From positions 433,318,001 through 433,382,000 of the forward strand of contig OZ024740.1 of NCBI GenBank assembly GCA_964016885.1: a stretch of DNA of 64,000 nt, in the 5' to 3' direction. Made by a program: the position numbers and the translations under genes. The DNA is from Eledone cirrhosa. Its lineage: Eukaryota. Below, piece by piece: positions 46,601-61,600 of this stretch (the stretch's first letter is position 1; the number at the start of each line of letters is the position of its first letter). Below the pieces are notes generated by a model that saw only the letters and a program-made list of their open reading frames with translations, was not told the origin of the DNA and searched no databases.

Positions 46601-49600
46601 TTAGTCACAGTATTATATAGTAACAGGGACCAGACTGTGATCACAATACCTAGTTACTGTTTAGTCACAGTATTATATAGTAACAGGGACTAGACTGTGA
46701 TCCCAATACCTAGTTACTGTTTAGTCACAGTATTCTATAGTAACAGGGACCAGACTGTGATCCCAATAGCTAGTTACTGTTTAGTCACAGTATTATATAG
46801 TAACAGGGACCAGACTGTGATCTCAATAGCTAGTTACTGTTTAGTCACAGTATTATATAGTAACAGGGACCAGACTGTGACCCCAATAGCTAGTTACTGT
46901 TTAGTCACAGTATTATATAGTAACAGGGACCACACTGTGATCACAATACCTAGTTACTGTTTAGTCACAGTATTATATAGTAACAGGGACCAGACTGTGA
47001 TCCCAATACCTAGTTACTGTTTAGTCACAGTATTATATAGTAACAGGGACCACACTGTGATCCCAATACCTAGTTACTGTTTAGTCACAGTATTATATAG
47101 TAACAGGGACCAGACTGTGATCACAATACCTAGTTACTGTTTAGTCACAGCATTATATAGTAACAGGGACCAGACTGTGATCCCAATACCTAGTTACTGT
47201 TTAGTCACAGTATTATATAGTAACATGGACCAGACTGTGATCCCAATACCTAGTTACTGTCTAGTCACAGTGTTATATAGTAACAGGGACCAGACTGTGA
47301 TCCCAATACCTAGTTACTGTTTAGTCACAGTATTATATAGTAACAGGGACCAGACTGTGATCCCAATACCTAGTTACTGTTTAGTCACAGTGTTATATAG
47401 TAACAGGGACCAGACTGTGATCCCAATACCTAGTTACTGTTTAGTCACAGTGTTATATAGTAACAGGGACCAGACTGTGATCCCAATACCTAGTTTCTGT
47501 TTAGTCACAGGGTCCAGACTGTGATCCCAATACCTAGTTACTGTTTAGTCACAGTATTATATAGTAACAGGGATCAGACTGTGATCCCAATAGCTAGTTA
47601 CTGTTTAGGCACAGTATTATATAGTAACAGGGACCACACTGTGATCCCAATAGCTAGTTACTGTTTAGTCACAGGGACCAGACTGTGATCCCAATACCTA
47701 GTTACTGTTTAGTCACAGTATTATATAGTAACAGGGACCACACTGTGATCCCAATACCTAGTTACTGTTTAGTCACAGTATTATATAGTAACATGGACCA
47801 GACTGTGATCCCAATACCTAGTTACTGTCTAGTCACAGTGTTATATAGTAACAGGGACCAGACTGTGATCCCAATACCTAGTTACTGTTTAGTCACAGTA
47901 TTATATAGTAACAGGGACCAGACTGTGATCCCAATACCTAGTTACTGTTTAGTCACAGTATTATATAGTAACAGGGACCAGACTGTGATCCCAATACCTA
48001 GCTACTGTTTACTCACAGTATTATATAGTAACAGGGACCACACTGTGATCCCAATATCTAGTTACTGTTTAGTCACAGTATTATATAGTAACAGGGACCA
48101 GACTGTGATCCCAATACCTAGTTACTGTTTAGTCACAGTGTTATATAGTAACAGGGACCACACTGTGATCCCAATAGCTAGTTACTATTTAGTCACAGGG
48201 ACCAGACAGTGATCCCAATACCTAGTTACTGTTTAGTCACAGTATTATATAGTAACAGGGACCAGACTGTGATCCCAATACCTAGTTACTGTTTAGTCAC
48301 AGTATTATATAGTAACAGGGACCAGACTGTGATCCCAATACCTAGTTACTGTTTAGTCACAGTATTATATAGTAACAGGGACCAGACTGTGATCCCAATA
48401 GCTAGTTACTGTTTAGTCACAGTATTATATAGTAACAGGGACCAGACTGTGATCCCAATATCTAGTTACTGTTTAGTCACAGTATTATATAGTAACAGGG
48501 ACCAGACTGTGATCCCAATAGCTAGTTACTGTTTAGTCACAGTATTATATAGTAACAGGGACCAGACTGTGATCCCAATACCTGGTTACTGTATAGTCAC
48601 AGTATTATATAATAACAGGGACCAGACTGTGATCCCAATAGCTAGTTACTGTTTAGTCACAGTATTATATAGTAACAGGGATCAGACTGTGATCCCAATA
48701 GCTAGTTACTGTTTAGTCACAGGGACCAGACTGTGATCCCAATACCTAGTTACTGTTTAGTCACAGTATTATATAGTAACAGGGACCAGACTGTGATCCC
48801 AATAGCTAGTTACTGTTTAGTCACAGTATTATATAGTAACAGGGACCAGATTGTGATCCCAATACCCAGTTACTGTTTAGTCACAGTATTATATAGTAAC
48901 AGGGACCAGACTGTGATTCCAATAGCTAGTTACTGTTTAGTCACAGTATTATATAGTAACAGGGACCACATTGTGATCCCAATAGCTAGTTACTGTTTAG
49001 TCACAGGGACCAGACTGTGATCCCAATACCTAGTTACTGTTTAGTCACAGTATTATATAGTAACAGGGATCAGAATGTGATCCCAATACCGAGTTGCTGT
49101 TTAGTCACAATATTATATAGTAACAGGGACCACACTGTGATCCCAATACCTAGTTACTGTTTAGTCACAGTATTATATAGTAACAGGGACCACACTGTGA
49201 TCCCAATACCTAGTTACTGTTTAGTCACAGTATTATATAGTAACAGGGACCAGACTGTGATCCCAATATCTAGTTACTGTTTAGTCACAGTATTATATAG
49301 TAACAGGGACCAGACTGTGATCCCAATACCTAGCTACTGTTTAGTCACAGTATTATATAGTAACAGGGACCACACTGTGATCCCAATATCTAGTTACTGT
49401 TTAGTCACAGTATTATATAGTAACAGGGACCAGACTGGGATCACAATACCTAGTTACTGTTTAGTCACAGTATTATATAGTAACAGGGACCAGACTGTGA
49501 TCCCAATACCTAGTTACTGTTTAGTCACAGTATTATATAGTGACAGGGACCAGACTGTGATCCCAATAGCTAGTTACTGTTTAGTCACAGTATTATATAG

Positions 49601-52600
49601 TAACAGGGACCAGACTGTGATCCCAATACCTGGTTACTGTATAGTCACAGTATTATACAATAACAGGGACCAGACTGTGATCCCAATAGCTAGTTACTGT
49701 TTAGTCACAGTATTATATAGTAACAGGGATCAGACTGTGATCCCAATAGCTAGTTACTGTTTAGTCACAGTATTATATAGTAACAGGGACAACACTGTGA
49801 TCCCAATAGCTAGTTACTGTTTAGTACCAGGGACCAGACTGTGATCCCAATACCTAGTTACTGTTTAGGCACAGTATTATATAGTAACAGGGACCACACT
49901 GCGATCCCAATAGCTAGTTACTGTTTAGTCACAGGGACCAGACTGTGATCCCAATACCTAGTTACTGTTTAGTCACAGGGACCAGACTGTGATCCCAATA
50001 CCTAGTTACTGTTTAGTCACAGTATTATATAGTAACAGGGACCAGAATGTGATCCCAATACCGAGTTACTGTTTAGTCACAATATTATATAGTAACAGGG
50101 ACCACACTGTGATCCCAATACCTAGTTACTGTTTAGTCACAGTATTATATAGTAACAGGGACCAGACTGTGATCCCAATACCTAGTTACTGTTTAGTCAC
50201 AGTATTATATAGTAACAGGGACCAGACTGTCATCCCAATACCTAGTTACTGTTTAGTCACAATATTATATAATAACAGGGACCAGACTGTGATCCCAATA
50301 CCTAGTTACTGTTTAGTCACAGTTTTCTATAGTAATAGAGACCAGACTGTGATCCCAATACCTAGTTACTGTTTAGTCACAGTATTATATAGTAACAGGG
50401 ACCAGAATGTGATCCCAATACCGAGTTACTGTTTAGTCACAATATTATATAGTAACAGGGACCACACTGTGATCCCAATACCTAGTTACTGTTTAGTCAC
50501 AGTATTATATAGTAACAGGGACCAGACTGTGATCCCAATACCTAGTTACTGTTTAGTCACAGTATTATATAGTAACAGGGACCAGACTGTCATCCCAATA
50601 CCTAGTTACTGTTTAGTCACAATATTATATAATAACAGGGACCAGACTGTGATCCCAATACCTAGTTACTGTTTAGTCACAGTTTTCTATAGTAATAGAG
50701 ACCAGACTGTGATCCCAATACCTAGTTACTGTTTAGTCACAGTATTATATAGTAACAGGGACCAGACTGGGATCACAATACCTAGTTACTGTTTAGTCAC
50801 AGTATTCTATAGTAACAGGGACCAGACTGTGATCCCAATAGCTAGTTACTGTTTAGTCACAGTATTATATAGTAACAGGGACCAGACTGTGATCCCAATA
50901 CCTAGTTACTGTTTAGTCACAGTATTCTATAGTAATAGGGACCAGACTGTGATCCCGATACCTAGTTACTGTTTAGCCACAGTATTATATAGTAACAGGG
51001 ACCAGACTGTGATCCCAATAGCTAGTTACTGTTTAGTCACAGTATTATATAGTAATAGGGACCAGACTGTGATCCCAATACCTAGTTACTGTTTAGTCAC
51101 AGTATTATATAGTAACAGGGACCAGACTGTGATCACAATACCTAGTTACTGTTTAGTCACAGTATTATATAGTAACAGGGACCAGACTGTGATCCCAATA
51201 CCTAGTTACTGTTTAGTCACAGTGTTATATAGTAACAGGGACCAGACTGTGATCCCAATACCTAGTTACTGTTTAGTCACAGTATTCTATAGTAACAGGG
51301 ACCAGACTGTGATCCCAATAGCTAGTTACTGTTTAGTCACAGTATTATATAGTAACAGGGACCAGACTGTGACCGCAATAGCTAATTACTGTTTAGTCAC
51401 AGTATTATATAGTAACAGGGACCACACTGTGATCACAATACCTAGTTACTGTTTAGTCACAGTATTCTATAGTAACAGGGACCAGACTGTGATCCCAATA
51501 CCTAGTTACTGTTTAGTCACAGTATTATATAGTAACAGGGACCACACTATGATCCCAATACCTAGTTACTGTTTAGTCACAGTATTATATAGTAACTGGT
51601 ATCAGACTGTGATCCCAATACCTAGTTACTGTTTAGTCACAGTATTATATAGTAACAGGGACCAGACTGTGATCACGATACCTAGTTACTGTTTAGTCAC
51701 AGTATTATATAGTAACAGGGACCAGACTGTGATCCCAATACCTAGTTACTGTTTAGTCACAGTGTTATATAGTAACAGGGACCAGACTGTGATCCCAATA
51801 CCTAGTTACTGTTTAGTCACAGTGTTATATAGTAACAGGGACCAGACTGTGATCCCAATACCTAGTTACTGTTTAGTCACAGTGTTATATAGTAACAGGG
51901 ACCAGACTGTGATCACAGTACCTAGTTACTGTTTAGTCACAGTATTATATAGTAACAGGGACCAGACTGTGATCCCAATAGCTAGTTACTGTTTAGTCAC
52001 AGGGACCAGACTGTGATCCCAATACCTAGTTACTGTTTAGTCACAGTATTATATAGTAACATGGACCAGACTGTGATCACAGTACCTAGTTACTGTTTAG
52101 TCACAGTATTATATAGTAACAGGGACCAGACTGTGATCCCAATAGCTAGTTACTGTTTAGTCACAGGGACCAGACTGTGATCCCAATACCTAGTTACTGT
52201 TTAGTCACAGTATTATATAGTAACAGGGACCAGACTGTGATCCCAATACCTAGTTACTGTTTAGTCACAGTATTATATAGTAACAGGGACCACACTGTGA
52301 TCCCAATACCTAGTTACTGTTTAGTCAGAGTATTATATAGTAACAGGGACCAGACTGTGATCCCAATAGCTAGTTACTGTTTAGTCACAGTATTATATAG
52401 TAACAGGGACCAGACTGTGATCCCAATACCTAGTTACTGTTTAGTCACAGTATTATATAGTAACAGGGACCAGACTGTGATCCCAATAGCTAGTTACTGT
52501 TTAGTCACAGTATTATATAGTAACAGGGACCAGACTGTGATCCCAATACCTGGTTACTGTATAGTCACAGTATTATATAATAACAGGGACCAGACTGTGA

Positions 52601-55600
52601 TCCCAATAGCTAGTTACTGTTTAGTCACAGTATTATATAGTAACAGGGATCAGACTGTGATCCCAATAGCTAGTTACTGTTTAGTCACAGTATTATATAG
52701 TAACAGGGACAACACTGTGATCCCAATAGCTAGTTATTGTATAGTACCAGGGACCAGACTGTGATCCCAATACCTAGTTACTGTTTAGGCACAGTATTAT
52801 ATAGTAACAGGGACCACACTGTGATCCCAATAGCTAGTTACTGTTTAGTCACAGGGACCAGACTGTGATCCCAATACCTAGTTACTGTTTAGTCACAGTA
52901 TTATATAGTAACAGGGACCAGACTGTGATCCCAATAGCTAGTTACTGTTTAGTCACAGTATTATATAGTAACAGGGACCAGACTGTGATCCCAATACCCA
53001 GTTACTGTTTAGTCACAGTATTATATAGTAACAGGGACCAGACTGTGATCCCAATAGCTAGTTACTGTTTAGTCACAGTATTATATAGTAACAGGGACCA
53101 CACTGTGATCCCAATAGCTAGTTACTGTTTAGTCACAGGGACCAGACTGTGATCCCAATACCTAGTTACTGTTTAGTCACAGTATTATATAGTAACAGGG
53201 ACCAGAATGTGATCCCAATACCGAGTTACTGTTTAGTCACAATATTATATAGTAACAGGGACCACACTGTGATCCCAATACCTAGTTACTGTTTAGTCAC
53301 AGTATTATATAGTAACAGGGACCAGACTGTGATCCCAATACCTAGTTACTGTTTAGTCACAGTATTATATAGTAACAGGGACCAGACTGTCATCCCAATA
53401 CCTAGTTACTGTTTAGTCACAATATTATATAATAACAGGGACCAGACTGTGATCCCAATACCTAGTTACTGTTTAGTCACAGTAATCTATAGTAATAGAG
53501 ACCAGACTGTGATCCCAATACCTAGTTACTGTTTAGTCACAGTATTATATAGTAACAGGGACCAGACTGTGATCTCAATAGCTAGTTACTGTTTAGTCAC
53601 AGTATTATATAGTAACAGGGACCAGACTGTGACCCCAATAGCTAGTTACTGTTTAGTCACAGTATTATATAGTAACAGGGACCACACTGTGATCACAATA
53701 CCTAGTTACTGTTTAGTCACAGTATTATATAGTAACAGGGACCAGACTGTGATCCCAATACCTAGTTACTGTTTAGTCACAGTATTATATAGTAACAGGG
53801 ACCACACTGTGATCCCAATACCTAGTTACTGTTTAGTCACAGTATTATATAGTAACAGGGACCAGACTGTGATCACAATACCTAGTTACTGTTTAGTCAC
53901 AGCATTATATAGTAACAGGGACCAGACTGTGATCCCAATACCTAGTTACTGTTTAGTCACAGTATTATATAGTAACATGGACCAGACTGTGATCCCAATA
54001 CCTAGTTACTGTCTAGTCACAGTGTTATATAGTAACAGGGACCAGACTGTGATCCCAATACCTAGTTACTGTTTAGTCACAGTATTATATAGTAACAGGG
54101 ACCAGACTGTGATCCCAATACCTAGTTACTGTTTAGTCACAGTGTTATATAGTAACAGGGACCAGACTGTGATCCCAATACCTAGTTACTGTTTAGTCAC
54201 AGTGTTATATAGTAACAGGGACCAGACTGTGATCCCAATACCTAGTTTCTGTTTAGTCACAGGGTCCAGACTGTGATCCCAATACCTAGTTACTGTTTAG
54301 TCACAGTATTATATAGTAACAGGGACCAGACTGTGATCACAGTACCTAGTTACTGTTTAGTCACAGTATTATATAGAAACAGGGACCAGACTGTGATCCC
54401 AATACCTAGTTACTGTTTAGTCACAGTATTATATAGTAACAGGGAACAGACTGTGATCACAATACCTAGTTACTGTTTAGTCACAGTGTTATATAGTAAC
54501 AGGGACCAGACTGTGATCCCAATACCTAGTTAGTGTTTAGTCACAGTATTATATAGTAACAGGGACCAGACTGTGATCACAATACCTAGTTACTGTTTAG
54601 TCACAGTATTATATAGTAACAGGGACCAGACTGCTATCCCAATAGCTAGTTACTGTTTAGTCACAGTATTATATAGTAACAGGGACCACACTGTGATCCC
54701 AATAGCTAGTTACTGTTTAGTCACAGGGACCAGACTGTGATCCCAATACCTAGTTACTGTTTAGTCACAGTATTATATAGTAACAGGGACCAGACTGTGA
54801 TCCCAATACCTAGTTACTGTTTAGTCACAGTATTATATAGTAACAGGGACCAGACTGTGATCCCAATACCTAGTTACTGTTTAGTCACAATATTATATAG
54901 TAACAGGGACCACACTGTGATCCCAATACCTAGTTACTGTTTAGTCACAGTATTATATAGTAACAGGGACCAGACTGTGATTCCAATACCTAGTTACTGT
55001 TTAGTCACAGTATTATATAGTAACAGGGACCAGACTGTGATCCCAATACCTAGTTACTGTTTAGTCACAATATTATATAGTAACAGGGACCACACTGTGA
55101 TCCCAATACCTGGTTACTGTTTAGTCACAGTATTATATAGTAACAGGGACCAGACTGTGATCCCAATAACTAGTTACTGTTTAGTCACAGTATTATATAG
55201 TAACAGGGACCAGACTGTGATCCCAATACCTAGTTACTGTTTAGTCACAGTATTATATAGTAACAGGGACCAGACTGTGATCGCAATAGCTAGTTACTGT
55301 TTAGTCACAGTATTATATAGTAACAGGGACCAGACTGTGATCCCAATACCTAGTTACTGTTTTGTCACAGTATTCTATAGTAATAGGGACCAGACTGTGA
55401 TCCCAATATCTAGTTACTGTTTAGTCACAGTATTATATAGTAACAGGGACCAGACTGTCATCCCAATACCTAGTTACTGTTTAATCACAGTATTATATAG
55501 TAACAGGGACCAGACTGTGATCCCAATACCTAGTTACTGTTTAGTCACAGTGTTATATAGTAACAGGGACCACACTGTGATCCCAATAGCAAGTTACTTT

Positions 55601-58600
55601 TTAGTCACAGTATTATATAGTAACAGGGACCACACTGTGATCCCAATACCTAGTTACTGTTTAGTCACACTGTTATATAGTAACAGGGACCAGACTGTGA
55701 TCCCAATACCTAGTTACTGTTTAGTCACAGTATTACATAGTAACAGGAACCAGACTGTGATCCCAATACCTAGTTACTGTTTAGTTTACAGTATTATATA
55801 GTAACAGGGACCAGACTGTGATCCCAAAACCGAGCTACTGTTTAGTCACAGTGTTATATAGTAACAGGGACCACACTGTGATCCCAATAGCTAGTTACTG
55901 TTTAGTAACAGGGACCAGACTGTGATCCCAATACCTAGTTACTGTTTAGGCACAGTATTATATAGTAACAGGGACCACACTGTGATCCCAATAGCTAGTT
56001 ACTGTTTAGTCACAGGGACCAGACTGTGATCCCAATACCTAGTTACTGTTTAGTCACAGTATTATATAGTAACAGGGACCAGACTGTGATCCCAATAGCT
56101 AGTTACTGTTTAGTCACAGGGACCAGACTGTGATCCCAATACCTAGTTACTGTTTAGTCACAGTATTATATAGTAACAGGGACCAGACTGTGATCCCAAT
56201 ACCTAGTTACTGTTTAGTCACAGTATTATATAGTAACATGGACCAGACTGTGATCCCAATACCTAGTTACTGTCTAGTCACAGTGTTATATAGTAACAGG
56301 GACCAGACTGTGATCCCAATACCTAGTTACTGTTTAGTCACAGTATTATATAGTAACAGGGACCAGACTGTGATCCCAATACCCAGTTACTGTTTAGTCA
56401 CAGTATTATATAGTAACAGGGACCAGACTGTGATCCCAATACCTAGTTACTGTTTAGTCACAGTATTATATAGTAACAGGGACCAGACTGTGATCCCAAT
56501 ACCTAGCTACTGTTTAGTCACAGTATTATATAGTAACAGGGACCACACTGTGATCCCAATATCTAGTTACTGTTTAGTCACAGTATTATATAGTAACAGG
56601 GACCAGACTGTGATCCCAATACCTAGTTACTGTTTAGTCACAGTATTATATAGTAACAGGGACCAGACTGTGATCCCAATACCTAGTTACTGTTTAGTCA
56701 CAGTGTTATATAGTAACAGGGACCACACTGTGATCCCAATAGCTAGTTACTATTTAGTCACAGGGACCAGACTGTGATCCCAATACCTAGTTACTGTTTA
56801 GTCACAGTATTATATAGTAACAGGGACCACACTGTGATCCCAATACCTAGTTACTGTTTAGTCACAGTATTATATAGTAACAGGGACCACACTGTGATCC
56901 CAATAGCTAGTTACTGTTTAGTCACAGGGACCAGACTGTGATCCCAATACCTAGTTACTGTTTAGTCACAGTATTATATAGTAACAGGGACCAGACTGTG
57001 ATCCCAATACCTAGTTACTGTTTAGTCACAGTATTATATAGTAACAGGGACCAGACTGTGATCCCAATACCTAGTTACTGTTTAGTCACAGTATTATATA
57101 GTAACAGGAACCAGACTGTGATCCCAATAGCTAGTTACTGTTTAGTCACAGTATTATATAGTAACAGGGACCAGACTGTGATCCCAATAGCTAGTTACTG
57201 TTTAGTCACAGTATTATATAGTAACAGGGACCACACTGTGATCCCAATAGCTAGTTACTGTTTAGTAACAGGGACCAGACTGTGATCCCAATACCTAGTT
57301 ACTGTTTAGGCACAGTATTATATGGTAACAGGGACCACACTGTGATCCCAATAGCTAGTTACTGTTTAGTCACAGGGACCAGACAGTGATCCCAATACCT
57401 AGTTACTGTTTAGTCACAGTATTATATAGTAACAGGGAGCAGACTGTGATCCCAATAGCTAGTTACTGTTTAGTCACAGTATTATATAGTAACAGGGACC
57501 AGACTGTGATCCCAATACCCAGTTACTGTTTAGTCACAGTATTATATAGTAACAGGGACCAGACTGTGATCCCAATAGCTAGTTACTGTTTAGTCACAGT
57601 ATTATATAGTAACAGGGACCACACTGTGATCCCAATAGCTAGTTACTGTTTAGTCACAGGGACCAGACTCTGATCCCAATACCTAGTTACTGTTTAGTCA
57701 CAGTATTATATAGTAACAGGGACCAGAATGTAATCCCAATACCGAGTTACTGTTTAGTCACAATATTATATAGTAACAGGGACCACACTGTGATCCCAAT
57801 ACCTAGTTACTGTTTAGTCACAGTAATATATAGTAACAGGGACCAGACTGTCATCCCAATACCTAGTTACTGTTTAGTCACAATATTATATAGTAACAGG
57901 GACCAGACTGTGATCCCAATACCTAGTTACTGTTTAGTCACAGTATTCTATAGTAATAGGGACCAGACTGTGATCCCAATACCTAGTTACTGTTTAGTCA
58001 CAGTATTATATAGTAACAGGGACCAGACTGGGATCCCAATACCTAGTTACTGTTTAGTCACAGTATTCTATAGTAATAGGGACCAGACTGTGATCCCAAT
58101 ACCTAGTTACTGTTTAGTCACAGTATTATATAGTAACAGGGACCAGACTGTGATCCCAATAGCTAGTTACTGTTTAGTCACAGTATTATATAGTAATAGG
58201 GACCAGACTGTGATCCCAATACCTAGTTACTGTTTAGTCACAGTATTATATAGTAACAGGGACCAGACTGTGATCACAATACCTAGTTACTGTTTAGTCA
58301 CAGTATTATATAGTAACAGGGACCAGACTGTGATCCCAATAGCTAGTTACTGTTTAGTCACAGGGACCAGACTGTGATCCCAATACCTAGTTACTGTTTA
58401 GTCACAGTATTATATAGTAACAGGGACCAGACTGTGATCCCAATAGCTAGTTACTGTTTAGTCACAGGGACCAGACTGTGATCCCAATACCTAGTTACTG
58501 TTTAGTCACAGTATTATATAGTAACAGGGACCACACTGTGATCCCAATACCTAGTTACTGTTTAGTCACAGTATTATATAGTAACATGGACCAGACTGTG

Positions 58601-61600
58601 ATCCCAATACCTAGTTACTGTCTAGTCACAGTGTTATATAGTAACAGGGACCAGACTGTGATCCCAATACCTAGTTACTGTTTAGTCACAGTATTATATA
58701 GTAACAGGGACCAGACTGTGATCCCAATACCCAGTTACTGTTTAGTCACAGTATTATATAGTAACAGGGACCAGACTGTGATCCCAATACCTAGTTACTG
58801 TTTAGTCACAGTATTATATAGTAACAGGGACCAGACTGTGATCCCAATACCTAGCTACTGTTTAGTCACAGTATTATATAGTAACAGGGACCACACTGTG
58901 ATCCCAATATCTAGTTACTGTTTAGTCACAGTATTATATAGTAACAGGGACCAGACTGTGATCCCAATACCTAGTTACTGTTTAGTCACAGTATTATATA
59001 GTAACAGGGACCAGACTGTGATCCCAATACCTAGTTACTGTTTAGTCACAGTGTTATATAGTAACAGGGACCACACTGTGATCCCAATAGCTAGTTACTA
59101 TTTAGTCACAGGGACCAGACTGTGATCCCAATACCTAGTTACTGTTTAGTCACAGTATTATATAGTAACAGGGACCACACTGTGATCCCAATACCTAGTT
59201 ACTGTTTAGTCACAGTATTATATAGTAACAGGGACCACACTGTGATCCCAATAGCTAGTTACTGTTTAGTCACAGGGACCAGACTGTGATCCCAATACCT
59301 AGTTACTGTTTAGTCACAGTATTATATAGTAACAGGGACCAGACTGTGATCCCAATACCTAGTTACTGTTTAGTCACAGTATTATATAGTAACAGGGACC
59401 AGACTGTGATCCCAATACCTAGTTACTGTTTAGTCACAGTATTATATAGTAACAGGAACCAGACTGTGATCCCAATAGCTAGTTACTGTTTAGTCACAGT
59501 GTTATATAGTAACAGGGACCACACTGTGATCCCAATAGCTAGTTACTGTTTAGTCACAGTATTATATAGTAACAGGGACCACACTGTGATCCCAATAGCT
59601 AGTTACTGTTTAGTAACAGGGACCAGACTGTGATCCCAATACCTAGTTACTGTTTAGGCACAGTATTATATGGTAACAGCGACCACACTGTGATCCCAAT
59701 AGCTAGTTACTGTTTAGTCACAGGGACCAGACAGTGATCCCAATACCTAGTTACTGTTTAGTCACAGTATTATATAGTAACAGGGACCAGACTGTGATCC
59801 CAATAGCTAGTTACTGTTTAGTCACAGTATTATATAGTAACAGGGACCAGACTGTGATCCCAATACCCAGTTACTGTTTAGTCACAGTATTATATAGTAA
59901 CAGGGACCAGACTGTGATCCCAATAGCTAGTTACTGTTTAGTCACAGTATTATATAGTAACAGGGACCACACTGTGATCCCAATAGCTAGTTACTGTTTA
60001 GTCACAGGGACCAGACTGTGATCCCAATACCTAGTTACTGTTTAGTCACAGTATTATATAGTAACAGGGACCAGAATGTAATCCCAATACCGAGTTACTG
60101 TTTAGTCACAATATTATATAGTAACAGGGACCACACTGTGATCCCAATACCTAGTTACTGTTTAGTCACAGTATTATATAGTAACAGGGACCAGACTGTC
60201 ATCCCAATACCTAGTTACTGTTTAGTCACAATATTATATAGTAACAGGGACCAGACTGTGATCCCAATACCTAGTTACTGTTTAGTCACAGTATTCTATA
60301 GTAATAGGGACCAGACTGTGATCCCAATACCTAGTTACTGTTTAGTCACAGTATTATATAGTAACAGGGACCAGACTGGGATCCCAATACCTAGTTACTG
60401 TTTAGTCACAGTATTCTATAGTAATAGGGACCAGACTGTGATCCCAATACCTAGTTACTGTTTAGTCACAGTATTATATAGTAACAGGGACCAGACTGTG
60501 ATCCCAATAGCTAGTTACTGTTTAGTCACAGTATTATATAGTAATAGGGACCAGACTGTGATCCCAATACCTAGTTACTGTTTAGTCACAGTATTATATA
60601 GTAACAGGGACCAGACTGTGATCACAATACCTAGTTACTGTTTAGTCACAGTATTATATAGTAACAGGGACCAGACTGTGATCCCAATACCCAGTTACTG
60701 TTTAGTCACAGTATTATATAGTAACAGGGACCAGACAGTGATCCCAATAACTAGATACTGTTTAGTCACAGTATTATAGAGTAACAGGGACCACACTGTG
60801 ATCCCAATAGCTAGTTACTGTTTAGTCACAGGGACCAGACTGTGATCCCAATACCTAGTTACTGTTTAGTCACAGTATTATATAGTAACGGGGACCACAC
60901 TGTGATCCCAATACCTAGTTACTGTTTAGTCACAGTATTATATAGTAACATGGACCAGACTGTGATCCCAATACCTAGTTACTGTCTAGTCACAGTGTTA
61001 TATAGTAACAGGGACCAGACTGTGATCCCAATACCTAGTTACTGTTTAGTCACAGTATTATATAGTAACAGGGACCAGACTGTGATCCCAATACCTAGTT
61101 ACTGTTTAGTCACAGTATTATATAGTAACAGGGACCAGACTGTGATGCCAATACCTAGCTACTGTTTAGTCACAGTATTATATAGTAACAGGGACCAGAC
61201 TGTGATCCCAATACCTAGTTACTGTTTAGTCACAGTATTATATAGTAACAGGGACCAGACTGTGATCCCAATACCTAGTTACTGTTTAGTCACAGTATTA
61301 TATAGTAACAGGGACCAGACTGTGATCCCAATACCTAGTTACTGTTTAGTCACAGTATTATATAGTAACAGGGACCAGACTGTGATCCCAAAACCGAGCT
61401 ACTGTTTAGTCACAGTGTTATATAGTAACAGGGACCACACTGTGATCCCAATAGCTAGTTACTGTTTAGTAACAGGGACCAGACTGTGATCCCAATACCT
61501 AGTTACTGTTTAGGCACAGTATTATATAGTAACAGGGACCACACTGTGATCCCAATAGCTAGTTACTGTTTAGTCACAGTATTATATAGTAACAGGGACC

